64,000 nt of DNA from a virus, in IMG/VR virus record IMGVR_UViG_3300027747_000967, positions 1-64,000 of that record; one strand, given 5' to 3'. The notes under the pieces are model-generated. The model did no database searches, was not told where the DNA came from, and was given only the letters and a program-made list of their open reading frames with translations. The position numbers and the translations under genes were made by a program. This document shows, in pieces, positions 39,674-49,626 of this stretch; positions within the stretch are counted from its first letter, which is position 1; each line of letters starts with the position of its first letter.

Positions 39674-39811
39674 TCATAAAGACTTTACTAAATGTGTTTG
39701 GATTGTTAGGTGTTCCATAATTGACTTGGTAAAAAGTAACTCCACCATCGTCACCCTCTAAAACTGCGGCGATATATTTACCTGCACCACCCATATATGT
39801 TGCTATTTCTT

Positions 39812-41974
39812 TCATGATATTAATCCTATAAAACGGTTAAGAACTACACGGTTATTTAAACGACCTTTTGTATACTTATTAAAAGCAGTTACAAGGCCTC
39901 GGGTTGTTGCATTTTCTTTTACTTCAAACTCTACTTCTTCATCGGTGTCCATACCTTCAGCACGGAGAATGTAATACTCATCATATCCTGCTGTTGTAAA
40001 CACATGATAATTATTTTTACGGAAATCACTGCGTAACAAATCAAAATCATCCGCCTTACTAGCATACTTATAACACAAAGATTTGAAGTTACGAGAAGCA
40101 GTAACATAAAAACCAATCACATTACAACCTGTTGTCTGTTTCAACATTTCAAGGAAAGGTAATGATGAAGAATAACCTTGATGATTACACACTACTTGAT
40201 GCATTGTCTTTTTATCACGGATAATCATAGTACCAGGTTGTGGGCGTGCCATCAAGAAATCTTTACCATCAAGAGATGTTTCTTTTCCATAAACTCTTTT
40301 TGAACCATGGCCTTCACCGTCTGTCAAGAATACAGTATTCACAATTTGTAGTTTATATTGTTTCTTAAACTCAGGTATAATTTTCATTGCGGCAAGAATA
40401 CATTCATTTAATGGAGTTCCACCCAACTGTAAAAATTCAGGACGGTAACGATTACAAGCTCGTAACAAAGCGGCACAAGCATAATTAAATTCAGCCGCAC
40501 TCATCTTACTAGATAAGAAATTGAGCAAACTTAATTTACCCATTTGAAGATTTCCTTCTTTCATTGTATCATTCATCCATTCATATGCTTTACGATGTTC
40601 ATCCGAGAAAGCATACACCTCAAAAGGAATAAGAACCTTCCTACAGAACAATGCAAGATTGATTAACTGTTTGACTGTGCCTTCTAAGTGGTCAGACATT
40701 GAACCTGACCAATCCACGAACATCACCAAACCATGTGATTTGCCATTGGGTACGATTGTCGCTTTCTTGAACAAATCTTCATTAAATTTGTATGAGAAAA
40801 TCTTAGACATATTCAATTCACCAGTTTTTGAAATTGATGCACGCTTCATCTGGTCAGCATTTTTACGGAGTTCAAACTCTTTTGCTAGATATGATACAAT
40901 CTTGGTAGAATCTTGACGAACTTTACTTAAACCTTGTGTGTCAAGGCCAGCATCATAATCACACGAAATACAATAATATTCTTTATGTTCTTTCCATAAA
41001 TCTTTGTATGACACAATTATTTTGTCCAAGTCAACTTCTGGAAGATTGGCGTAGTGATAAGTTTCACCACCTGTGGCAAATAATCGTTTTTGATTTTCTT
41101 GGAAAGCTTCATCAGTTTTGGATCCAGTATCATTACCACCTTCTGAACCTTCAGCCATATCTTTGGTTTGATTGCCTTTATCGGATTCATCATCTTCAAT
41201 ATTGGTATCACCTGTTCCAGAATTGCCATCCTTGAAGATATGGTCATTTCCTTCTTCTTTTGGTTTGGCATCATCTTCAGTAGGACCATTTTTAGGAACA
41301 AAGAATTCTTCATCTTCGGATTCTTCATCGGAATCGTCATAGAATGAATCGTCAAATGATTCCATTTCTTCGTCACCATCTTCATCCGGTATTAATACAA
41401 GTTTCTTCTTACGCTCTTCTTGTTCTTGTTCTGCGTATTCAGATAATTTCTTAGCAAGTTCAATCACATCATCATATGTATTGGTAGATTCAATTTCTTG
41501 GATTAAATCTCTTTCTTCTTCCGTAAAATCAATACCTTGTGTCGGACCACCTTTGCAGAATAAATTTGCACGGTCAATAAAACGTAAACTACTTAAATTC
41601 ACGCCTTTTGTACCAAAGAAGTCTTTCTCAATAAGTTCTTTGTATCCACGGACAAAGGATGCACGAACACCTGGATATTTGTATTTGATTTTACGTTCAA
41701 TACGAGAATCTTCTAATACATTCATTAAACTCATATTTAAGTTTAAATCAATAGCTTTCTTCATACCTTCTTCAGGAGTATATAAAGCGTGACCTACTTC
41801 ATGTGCAACAAATAGGTCATACAAATAACCTGAAATATTCTTATCAAGAATAGGTAGTGTAAGAACACGATTCTTCACATCAAACGAAGCAGTATCAACA
41901 GCCTTTTGTTCTACAATAAGATTTTCAGTTGCCATTAGTTTGGCGAGAAGGGATTTAGAATCTAACATTTCCAT
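39812..41974 (-). CDS. Peptidase-like plus VWA domain protein (CobT-like partner)
   Basis: HEVGHAL..NVLED.RIE; acidic linker; MIDAS DWSGSM, GGTPL, LTDGE. Confidence 0.85.
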   Translation of the reverse strand: MEMLDSKSLLAKLMATENLIVEQKAVDTASFDVKNRVLTLPILDKNISGYLYDLFVAHEVGHALYTPEEGMKKAIDLNLNMSLMNVLEDSRIERKIKYKYPGVRASFVRGYKELIEKDFFGTKGVNLSSLRFIDRANLFCKGGPTQGIDFTEEERDLIQEIESTNTYDDVIELAKKLSEYAEQEQEERKKKLVLIPDEDGDEEMESFDDSFYDDSDEESEDEEFFVPKNGPTEDDAKPKEEGNDHIFKDGNSGTGDTNIEDDESDKGNQTKDMAEGSEGGNDTGSKTDEAFQENQKRLFATGGETYHYANLPEVDLDKIIVSYKDLWKEHKEYYCISCDYDAGLDTQGLSKVRQDSTKIVSYLAKEFELRKNADQMKRASISKTGELNMSKIFSYKFNEDLFKKATIVPNGKSHGLVMFVDWSGSMSDHLEGTVKQLINLALFCRKVLIPFEVYAFSDEHRKAYEWMNDTMKEGNLQMGKLSLLNFLSSKMSAAEFNYACAALLRACNRYRPEFLQLGGTPLNECILAAMKIIPEFKKQYKLQIVNTVFLTDGEGHGSKRVYGKETSLDGKDFLMARPQPGTMIIRDKKTMHQVVCNHQGYSSSLPFLEMLKQTTGCNVIGFYVTASRNFKSLCYKYASKADDFDLLRSDFRKNNYHVFTTAGYDEYYILRAEGMDTDEEVEFEVKENATTRGLVTAFNKYTKGRLNNRVVLNRFIGLIS

Positions 41975-41975
41975 A

Positions 41976-43115
41976 TTAAAGTGTCTCTACGTTAGTGGTT
42001 GTATTATTAGCAGGTGAAACAACTTCAGCATCAACTTTAGAATATAAGTCTAAGAAAGCCATTTTTGTTTCTTCATCAAAACGATTCACACACAATGTAA
42101 TTGCTTTCATCTTGTCACCAAAGATTTTATATGACTTGGCAATATGAACAAGACGGCGAGTGGAGATAATTTCATCTGTAGCACCTTGCATATAGGATTG
42201 ACGAACAACATCAGCCCACTTTACAAGATTTTCAGCAAAGGTTACATCATAATTAATTAAAGCAGACAAAATCTTTTTCTCTGTGCGAGCATCAGGATAT
42301 TGTTGTTCAACGGTAATTGGAAAACGCTCTAAGAAAGCATCATCAAGAATTTGTGATAAGTATTTACCTTCATCACTACCACGACCTTTAGTATTAGCAG
42401 TAGCAACAATATTAAAACCAGATTTGGCATAAACCATTTCACCAGTTTTCTTATTGTAATAAGGTTTGCCTTCAAGAATACCTTGTAAACACATTAAGTT
42501 GCTTGAACCACGGTCTACTTCATCAATTAATAATACTGCGCCACGTTTCATAGCAATAAGTGTGGGACCGTCTTTGTAAACTGTATTGCCATCAATTAAC
42601 TGATAACTACCAATCAAATCAGATTCATCAGTTTCTTTTGAAATGTTTACACGGATACATTCACGATTTAATTCGGAACATACTTGCTCTACCATCAATG
42701 TTTTGCCGTTACCGGATAAACCAGTAACGAAAACAGGAAAGAAATCTTTTGCTGAAATGATAGAACGTAAATCTTTGAAGAAACCAAAAGGTACATAATC
42801 AGGATATCTTGCAGGAACGGAAGGTTCGCTTTCGTCCATCATTTTGACTTGACGTAATTGCACGACATTACCGTAAGCGACTTCAAGTTCAGGTTCTGCA
42901 ACTGGTGCAGCTTGTTTTGGTTTTGCTGTTTCACCTGAATCAGGTAATTTGTATTGGCCACGACCAACACGATATTCGTCTTTTGTTACTAACCAATAAG
43001 GATAAGCAACACCAGATTCTTTCACAACTTCAGCGATACCATCTCTAGTGAGGATTTGGTTTTTGCCAAAAATATTTTCGGCCGCTAAAATAAATTTCTT
43101 TGCATTTGCATTCAT
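41976..43115 (-). CDS. MoxR/CobS-like AAA+ ATPase
   Basis: GLSGNGKT, LLIDEVD, ATANTKGRG, AFLERF, ISTRRL. Confidence 0.9.
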   Translation of the reverse strand: MNANAKKFILAAENIFGKNQILTRDGIAEVVKESGVAYPYWLVTKDEYRVGRGQYKLPDSGETAKPKQAAPVAEPELEVAYGNVVQLRQVKMMDESEPSVPARYPDYVPFGFFKDLRSIISAKDFFPVFVTGLSGNGKTLMVEQVCSELNRECIRVNISKETDESDLIGSYQLIDGNTVYKDGPTLIAMKRGAVLLIDEVDRGSSNLMCLQGILEGKPYYNKKTGEMVYAKSGFNIVATANTKGRGSDEGKYLSQILDDAFLERFPITVEQQYPDARTEKKILSALINYDVTFAENLVKWADVVRQSYMQGATDEIISTRRLVHIAKSYKIFGDKMKAITLCVNRFDEETKMAFLDLYSKVDAEVVSPANNTTTNVETL

Positions 43116-43142
43116 AATAAAGTTCTCATCAAGTAAAATAAT

Positions 43143-43192
43143 AGTATAACATAACCACGGAAAAAATCAACCGTTTGTTGTGTATATACAAC
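43143..43192 (-). promoter_or_regulatory. Promoter with palindromic box
   Basis: TTGATT-16-TATACT; GTTGT-N6-ACAAC at 43177-43192. Confidence 0.65.
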
Positions 43193-43379
43193 AGTTTAAG
43201 CAAACATTTCTTTCATTTTTTGGTACATACTTTGGTCTCTTTCATGTCCAGTCAATGCAGCCATCCTTCGAATAGCGTCATCAACTAATTTCCAAGGTTC
43301 ATCTGCGTTTGGTGTTTCCAACCAAATATAATAATCTTCTTTGTTACTCATATTTATTTCCTTTGTTTATATAAAATGT

Positions 43380-43754
43380 TTATCTTCTCATACTTGAAAT
43401 TTCTTTTGCTTCCTTATCTGTGAATACCGGTACTGCATTTGATTTGTGCATTGTTGCTACACCTTTCATTTTTTCACCAGTATATGTATTACCGTCAACT
43501 GGTTTGGTACAAGGAATAAATCCTGTATTTAAAGATTGATACTTTGGCGTTTCACGACCTGGTGGTACCAATGATTTTTCTTTGATTAATACCTTTTTTG
43601 TGGATTTTGCAGAACTTCTTGAAAATCCTTTTTTAGACAAATCGTTGATTGATTTGATAAACTCAGCCTTCTGCTCTTGTTGAGCTTTGGTCAGTTTTTT
43701 TGGTTTAGATTTTGGTATGTAACCGTATATCATCATATTCAAGACTCCTATCAA
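43380..43754 (-). CDS. Conserved basic T4-like phage protein
   Basis: YTG..MKGVATMHKSNAVPVF..AKEISSMRR. Confidence 0.75.
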   Translation of the reverse strand: MIGVLNMMIYGYIPKSKPKKLTKAQQEQKAEFIKSINDLSKKGFSRSSAKSTKKVLIKEKSLVPPGRETPKYQSLNTGFIPCTKPVDGNTYTGEKMKGVATMHKSNAVPVFTDKEAKEISSMRR

Positions 43755-43765
43755 TGTAAGAATCC

Positions 43766-43817
43766 ATTATACTCTGGTTACAGATTTTTGTCAAGCGGAC
43801 TGTTGTATGGAAACAAC
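43766..43817 (-). promoter_or_regulatory. Promoter with palindromic box
   Basis: TTGACA-17-TATAAT; GTTGT-N6-ACAAC at 43802-43817. Confidence 0.75.
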
Positions 43818-44002
43818 TATCTGGTACGTTTGGTTGGACTGCGTTCTGGACGGTCTGCATATAAAGATTCTTCAAAATCTCTACTTAACAATTTTTTGAT
43901 TTCCGAATGTTCATTACGATGCCTTCTATTATCGTAATTGTAATCGTCATTATAATTTTTATTTTTGCGAAACTTACCTACAAATTTAGACACCAACTTC
44001 TC

Positions 44003-44374
44003 CTATCTCATCACTTCAAAAGTAATACCACGAATTTTGGTTTCAGGCATATTATGCATATCATTTTCTGATACATATGTAATATTTGCCATTGGCCAGC
44101 AGATTTGAACAATTTTTAATAATTGACATACCGTGCCATCTAAATCGTCAAATGAATAAACTTCATCTACACATTTTAGACTTTCAATGATTTTTCTTCT
44201 CGTTTGGTAATTATGAACAAACCCACCTTGCGTATACATGAGATGATAATCTGTATGGATGCCAACAGCAAGCCAATCTCCTCTAGCTCTGCATTTTTTG
44301 AGGAATTCCAAATCTTCACCTGATAGTGGGTCAAAACAACCAGAAACTACGATGACTTTATCTTTTTTTGCCAT
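44003..44374 (-). CDS. Cytidylyltransferase-like protein (TagD/RfaE fold) with degenerate HxGH
   Basis: VVSGCFDPL, GDWLAVGIHTD, R..IIESLKCVDEV. Confidence 0.7.
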   Translation of the reverse strand: MAKKDKVIVVSGCFDPLSGEDLEFLKKCRARGDWLAVGIHTDYHLMYTQGGFVHNYQTRRKIIESLKCVDEVYSFDDLDGTVCQLLKIVQICWPMANITYVSENDMHNMPETKIRGITFEVMR

Positions 44375-44796
44375 TACGGTAATAAATTAGGAAATGCCTC
44401 TTTAACAAATTTATAATCCAAACCTCTTACACCTAAATCTTTTTTAAATATTCCCATGATAACTTCTGCTTCACGGCGTTCCATTGATTCTAACATAGAT
44501 AAAAGTAATTCGGTTCTTTTTTGTGGATGTAATATTTCAGCTGTTGGGTCGCCTTTACGGAATAGATATAATTTTCTTAAATTGCCGGCAAGTTGTTGAA
44601 ATGACATACCTGGTATTAAATCAGGAAATTTATAACTGTGGGGAATTTCAGTAACCATCCATTGATAATCAGGATGATAAGTGAATAATAATACATTGAC
44701 TAAAACTTGCGATAAGTTTCTTTCAACAACAGCCATTCTTTCTTTTTTGTTTTTTGCTAAATCAAATTCATCTAAAATTTCGTAAATATTCTTCAT
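44374..44796 (-). CDS. Conserved T4-like hypothetical protein downstream of RNase H
   Basis: IYEIL..RKLYLF..MLES....EAE..VKEAFPNLL. Confidence 0.7.
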   Translation of the reverse strand: MKNIYEILDEFDLAKNKKERMAVVERNLSQVLVNVLLFTYHPDYQWMVTEIPHSYKFPDLIPGMSFQQLAGNLRKLYLFRKGDPTAEILHPQKRTELLLSMLESMERREAEVIMGIFKKDLGVRGLDYKFVKEAFPNLLP

Positions 44797-45638
44797 TAAA
44801 ATTCCTCAATTACTTCTAACAGATTTTTCAATTTATGTTCTATAAAATAGTTCAGTAAATGTTGGCGAGATGCCGGCTTTATTTCATTATATGTATTTAT
44901 AATCTTTTCTTGTATTTCTTTTGGTATATAGTCAAGGTCAATTAAAGTGGTGTTGCGGATAAAGTTTGTTTTGTCAGTATCATTATATTGGTTTGAATCT
45001 TCTTTCAAATATTTATCAAGAACAGTTTTGGTAACAGGTTTCTGTCTTAAATCACGGACAAAACAATCGGAAGGTGAGAAGATATTAGGAATACCATCAC
45101 CTTTATCACCACGGATAATCTTTTCTTTTAATTCTAATTTTGGATTAGACGATACAATATATTTCTTCAATGATGGATTGTATTGTTTAACATTAGGATA
45201 TTGCTGTAACTGTAGGAAATCACCATCACTAGATAAAATTAATATCTTCTGTGTATGAGCATGAAGTGGAACTAACGTACCAATGATATCATCGGCTTCT
45301 GCACCTTCAACATCAATGACCTTATATGGAAAGTTTTCTTTCAGTTCAGCCTTAAATTTAGCAAGCATATCAAAAATCATATGCCAATCTAAATCGGACT
45401 TTTCTCTAGTCTTTTTACGACCCGCTTTGTAAAATGGAAAATATTCTTTTCTCCAATACTTACGATTATCGCAACATAATATAACTTCACCATATTCTTT
45501 GAAATTCTTCACATGGTTACGAATAATGTTTAATGTCATATGACGAATTAGATTTTCGTCTAATTTATTTTTCTTTTGTGCTGAGATTTGTGCCATGAGT
45601 CCGGCAAGTAATACCTGATTTAAATCAATAAGTAACAT
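44796..45638 (-). CDS. rnh: T4-type RNase H (5'-3' exonuclease)
   Basis: YWRK..FPFYKAGR, EADDIIG, SSDGDFLQL, GDKGDGIPN. Confidence 0.95.
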   Translation of the reverse strand: MLLIDLNQVLLAGLMAQISAQKKNKLDENLIRHMTLNIIRNHVKNFKEYGEVILCCDNRKYWRKEYFPFYKAGRKKTREKSDLDWHMIFDMLAKFKAELKENFPYKVIDVEGAEADDIIGTLVPLHAHTQKILILSSDGDFLQLQQYPNVKQYNPSLKKYIVSSNPKLELKEKIIRGDKGDGIPNIFSPSDCFVRDLRQKPVTKTVLDKYLKEDSNQYNDTDKTNFIRNTTLIDLDYIPKEIQEKIINTYNEIKPASRQHLLNYFIEHKLKNLLEVIEEF

Positions 45639-45670
45639 AATAAACTTTCAAGTTTCAAAACTCTATTATA

Positions 45671-46009
45671 TCACTTCTCGGTCAGTTTGTCAAATAAAAC
45701 TTTAGCAATTGTACCGGAAACTGTTGTTTTTTTGAAAAAGACACCAAACCAGCCTTGTGGTAGTAATCCAGAGAGGTATTCTAATGGGTCTATTAAAATG
45801 GCTTCAAACATATCGACATTATACAATTCACCTTTTCTATCTTCTTTAAAAAGTATAATATGGTAGTTACTACCTAATTCACTTTCATCAAGTCTTGTAA
45901 CTTCGCCTTGATAATAATTACCGTAAACATCTACACCTCTGTTATCGGTTGATACACAATATAATACATCAAAGTTTTTCCCTTTGAATTTGTTCAGCGA
46001 TTCTAACAT
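45671..46009 (-). CDS. Hypothetical protein
   Basis: ORF in operon. Confidence 0.5.
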   Translation of the reverse strand: MLESLNKFKGKNFDVLYCVSTDNRGVDVYGNYYQGEVTRLDESELGSNYHIILFKEDRKGELYNVDMFEAILIDPLEYLSGLLPQGWFGVFFKKTTVSGTIAKVLFDKLTEK

Positions 46010-46415
46010 TATAGTCCTTAATGTGTGATTTTCTAATTCGGCACATTATCCAATTATTGTAATAGTCATCTGTTTCCATTACACAACGGATAAACTGTTC
46101 TTTTGCTTCAAGATAACCACATTCACCTTTAGAACGGCAAAGATGTAATATTTCTCTCGTAAAGTTGTCCTTACCTAATGATAACACATCTTGCTTCAGG
46201 ATGTCATTACTTCCATAATAAGTTTGCCAATCTGAGTTGGCTTTATATTTTTTCTTTTTACCCTTTAACTGCTTGGTACGCATTGAGTAAAAGAACTTTT
46301 TACCAATATATTTTTTTCCATTGGAAAGATTGGTGATACAATATACAAATCCATATGAATCACCAATCATATCTTCCGTAAAATCAGAGCCTTTATGAAC
46401 CCAATTTAGTCCCAT
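45969..46415 (-). CDS. GIY-YIG endonuclease (EndoII/DenA-like)
   Basis: GFVYCITN..GKKYIGKK, SDWQTYYGS, FTREIL, YYNNWI. Confidence 0.85.
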   Translation of the reverse strand: MGLNWVHKGSDFTEDMIGDSYGFVYCITNLSNGKKYIGKKFFYSMRTKQLKGKKKKYKANSDWQTYYGSNDILKQDVLSLGKDNFTREILHLCRSKGECGYLEAKEQFIRCVMETDDYYNNWIMCRIRKSHIKDYNVRIAEQIQREKL

Positions 46416-46594
46416 TGTTCATCATCAATGATTTCATCATCTTCTTCATCAACTTCTTCGGTAATTGATTCAATTGTTTCACCACAAAACGGACAAAATT
46501 CGGGGAACTCAGCAGATACTAATTCTTCCATATATTCTACACCATAAGTTGATTCACAACTTAGGCATTCTCCTGTTAAAATTTTATTTGTCAT
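46406..46594 (-). CDS. Small zinc-ribbon protein with acidic tail
   Basis: CLSC..CPFCG. Confidence 0.65.
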   Translation of the reverse strand: MTNKILTGECLSCESTYGVEYMEELVSAEFPEFCPFCGETIESITEEVDEEDDEIIDDEQWD

Positions 46595-46604
46595 TTCTTT
46601 TCCT

Positions 46605-47588
46605 TTAAGCCCATATATCGGACCAGTTTCCTGTTAAAGCACCTTTCGCATAATCTGTTGCTCTGTTTTCAAAGAAGTTTGTATGTGTAGGAGCATTAAT
46701 CATTTCTTCTACCCACGGCAAAGGATTCTTCTTAACTTTAAAGATACCTTTTAATCCTAAACTAATCAATCTTCTATCGGCAATATAACGAATATATTTC
46801 TTCACATCTTCCGAAGTTAAATTCTCCATAGGACCCATCTTAAATGCTAAGTCAATAAACTTTTCTTCAAGTTCAACCATCTTCTCAGCTATACTATATA
46901 TCTTCTCTTTTAAGGTATCATTCCAAATTTCTTTATTTTCTTCTATGTATGTTCTAAACAATTTAATCATAGATTCGCAATGTTGTGTTTCATCTACAAT
47001 TGACCATGTAATGATTTGACCCATACCTTTCATTTTACCGTGGCGTGGGAAGTTTAACAACATAATAAATGAACTAAAGAGTTGCATACCTTCAGTAAAT
47101 GCGGAGAATACTGCGATATGGGTTGCTGTATTTTCTTTTGTTGTATTTTTACTTGATATGTCTAAAAGATAGTCATGTTTCTCTTTCATCTCAGCATACT
47201 CCATAAACTCATTATAGGTAGTCTCAGGAAGACCTAAGGTTTCAATCAAATGAGAATATGAAGCAACGTGAAGTGCTTCTCTTGCCGCAAATCCTAACAA
47301 CATCATACGCACTTCAGGTTGTGGAAAGTAAGGAAGATAGTTCTTCACATAACCACCGGCCACATCAATATCGCCTTGTGTAAAGAATCTAAAGATGTTT
47401 GTAAGAAATTGTTTTTCACTATCAGTTAATTTTTTCTTCCAATCTTTTACATCTTCCATCATAGGAACTTCCGTATGTAACCATGATGACTGCTCATGTT
47501 TTAACCATGCGTCATAAGCCCATGGATAGTTAAAAGGTTTAAATGCTGTTCGTTCTTCTGTTATATTTAAATCTGTTTTTTTTATCAT
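46605..47588 (-). CDS. nrdB: Ribonucleotide reductase class Ia beta subunit
   Basis: FFTQGD, EALH..SY, EGMQLFSSF, DETQH, NFFE. Confidence 0.97.
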   Translation of the reverse strand: MIKKTDLNITEERTAFKPFNYPWAYDAWLKHEQSSWLHTEVPMMEDVKDWKKKLTDSEKQFLTNIFRFFTQGDIDVAGGYVKNYLPYFPQPEVRMMLLGFAAREALHVASYSHLIETLGLPETTYNEFMEYAEMKEKHDYLLDISSKNTTKENTATHIAVFSAFTEGMQLFSSFIMLLNFPRHGKMKGMGQIITWSIVDETQHCESMIKLFRTYIEENKEIWNDTLKEKIYSIAEKMVELEEKFIDLAFKMGPMENLTSEDVKKYIRYIADRRLISLGLKGIFKVKKNPLPWVEEMINAPTHTNFFENRATDYAKGALTGNWSDIWA

Positions 47589-47815
47589 TTTTTAAACCAA
47601 ATTAGAGTTGCGATAATATTAACTACACAAAAATATGCATTCTGTATAATTAACGGTTTATTTTTTTCTGTTTTTAGTTGGTCATAAAGTATAACAAAAT
47701 GAGCCACCACAAAACAAGGAAAACAATACTGTATCCATGGCATTTTTAGTGCCACGGACGTACCTGCTAAGATGAATAGTATGGTAGAAACCCACTTGAT
47801 ATCAAAGTCTTTCAT
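47585..47815 (-). CDS. Small membrane protein (three TM segments)
   Basis: Hydrophobic segments; coupled between nrdA and nrdB. Confidence 0.6.
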   Translation of the reverse strand: MKDFDIKWVSTILFILAGTSVALKMPWIQYCFPCFVVAHFVILYDQLKTEKNKPLIIQNAYFCVVNIIATLIWFKK

Positions 47816-49611
47816 TATCCTTCACACGCAATACAATCATTACCTTGCGCTATTTGTTCCATGTCAAGTTCTTTAATCACTTGGCGTTCAATTCGTTTTG
47901 ATACTTTATCTGCTTTACCAATCTTTTCTGAACGGCAATAATATAAAGTTTTCAATCCTTTTTTCCATGCCATATAATGTATAGCATGAACATATTTAAT
48001 ATTTGCATCAGGTCTAAAGAATAGATTTAATGATTGTGCTTGGTCAATATATTTCTGTCTATCAGCAGCCAACTCAATCACCCATCGTTGGTCAATCTCC
48101 ATTGATGTTTTGAATACTGCTTTGTCGTTCTCTGACATCCAATCTAAATGTTGAACCGAACCATCATTGGCGATAATGGAAGACCAAACTTCATTATACC
48201 AATCTTCCGGTTTTTCGTTTGATATTTCAATAATCAATTCATCTAGCCATCTGTTCTTGTTAAGGAATGACCCCGATAAAGTGTCCTGACGGTACGCATT
48301 AGCACGATAAGGCTCAATACTAGGGCTAGTATTTCCCATAATGATAGACGAAGAAGCATTTGGAGCAATAGCCATAAGATGACTAAAACGCAAACCAGTA
48401 CCGTGAGCATCTGGCGCTTCGCCTCGCTCTGTTCCCAAAGTTTTATTAGCTTCATCCAATCCCTTTCTAATTGAACTAAAGATTTTATTATTGGCAATTT
48501 TTGCCATTACGCCTTCAAAAGCAATATTATTTTTTTGTAGATAAGCATGAAAACCCAACGCACCAATCCCGATACTTCTTTCACGCTGAGCAGAAAACTT
48601 AGCACGACTAATGGAATCAGGAGCGTTATCAATAAAATACTGTAAAACATTGTCCAGCATTTCAGCAACATCTTTAAGAAATAATTTATTATCTTTCCAC
48701 TCATCATATGTCTCCAAATTTAAAGAGGATAAACAACATACAGCAGTGCGTTGTTCGTTTGTTGGTAAAATAATTTCACTACACAAATTTGATTGATGAA
48801 CTTTCAAACCTTTATCTTTTAACCATTGAGGTAAATGTTCATTACTTGTATCAATAAAATGTAAGTATGGTTCTCCTGTGTGCATACGCAACTCTAGGAT
48901 CATTTGCCATAAATGTTTTGCTGAGACTACTTCTCTTACTTCTTTTGTTTTAGGATCAATCAACTTCCAAGAATCATCAAAATCTGCATCTAACATACAT
49001 TGTTCTATAATGTACATAAAATCATTTGTGATATTAACTCCATGGTGCATATTTAAACAACGCTGATTTTGGTCGCCTGTTGGCTTCCTCATTTCGAGGA
49101 ACGGAATGATGTCAGGATGAGAAATATCAAGATAAGCGGCATAAGAACCCCTACGAGTGCGACCTTGCCTATAAGCGAGAGAACTTGCATCATAAATTTT
49201 AAGATGTGGCATAACCCCTGTAGACTTATCATCAGCAGAACGGATACCAAAACCAATGCCCACACCACCGCCCAACATGGATAACCAATTAGTTTCCGAA
49301 AGGTTATCAACTAATCCCTCCGCAGTATCTTCAATATAGTTAAGGAAACATGATATAGGCATACCACGCTTACTGCGACCGAAAGAAAGAATGGGAGTGC
49401 TATAAGATAGCCAATGCTGACTAGAATACTCATACAATCTTTGGGAATGGTCCAAATTGCTTCCAAATGTTTTTGATACAAAGGCAAAACGTTGTTGAGG
49501 AGTTTCTTCATCATCTCTCATGTAACTTTCTTTTAATCTTTTAATTCCAAGTTCGTCAAATAATTTATCTCTTTCTAAGTCTATTTTAATTCCTAGATGT
49601 TCCATGTGCAC
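47815..49611 (-). CDS. nrdA: Ribonucleotide reductase class Ia alpha subunit (short form)
   Basis: ISCF, SNLCSEI, AVCCLSS, APNASSS, KTLYY, C-terminal CIACEG. Confidence 0.97.
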   Translation of the reverse strand: MHMEHLGIKIDLERDKLFDELGIKRLKESYMRDDEETPQQRFAFVSKTFGSNLDHSQRLYEYSSQHWLSYSTPILSFGRSKRGMPISCFLNYIEDTAEGLVDNLSETNWLSMLGGGVGIGFGIRSADDKSTGVMPHLKIYDASSLAYRQGRTRRGSYAAYLDISHPDIIPFLEMRKPTGDQNQRCLNMHHGVNITNDFMYIIEQCMLDADFDDSWKLIDPKTKEVREVVSAKHLWQMILELRMHTGEPYLHFIDTSNEHLPQWLKDKGLKVHQSNLCSEIILPTNEQRTAVCCLSSLNLETYDEWKDNKLFLKDVAEMLDNVLQYFIDNAPDSISRAKFSAQRERSIGIGALGFHAYLQKNNIAFEGVMAKIANNKIFSSIRKGLDEANKTLGTERGEAPDAHGTGLRFSHLMAIAPNASSSIIMGNTSPSIEPYRANAYRQDTLSGSFLNKNRWLDELIIEISNEKPEDWYNEVWSSIIANDGSVQHLDWMSENDKAVFKTSMEIDQRWVIELAADRQKYIDQAQSLNLFFRPDANIKYVHAIHYMAWKKGLKTLYYCRSEKIGKADKVSKRIERQVIKELDMEQIAQGNDCIACEG

Positions 49612-49626
49612 CTTCTAATTGTTATA

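Noticed and set aside
46605-49611. Intron or intein in nrdA/nrdB
   Set aside because: Both frames are continuous and of normal or short length, with no splicing motifs
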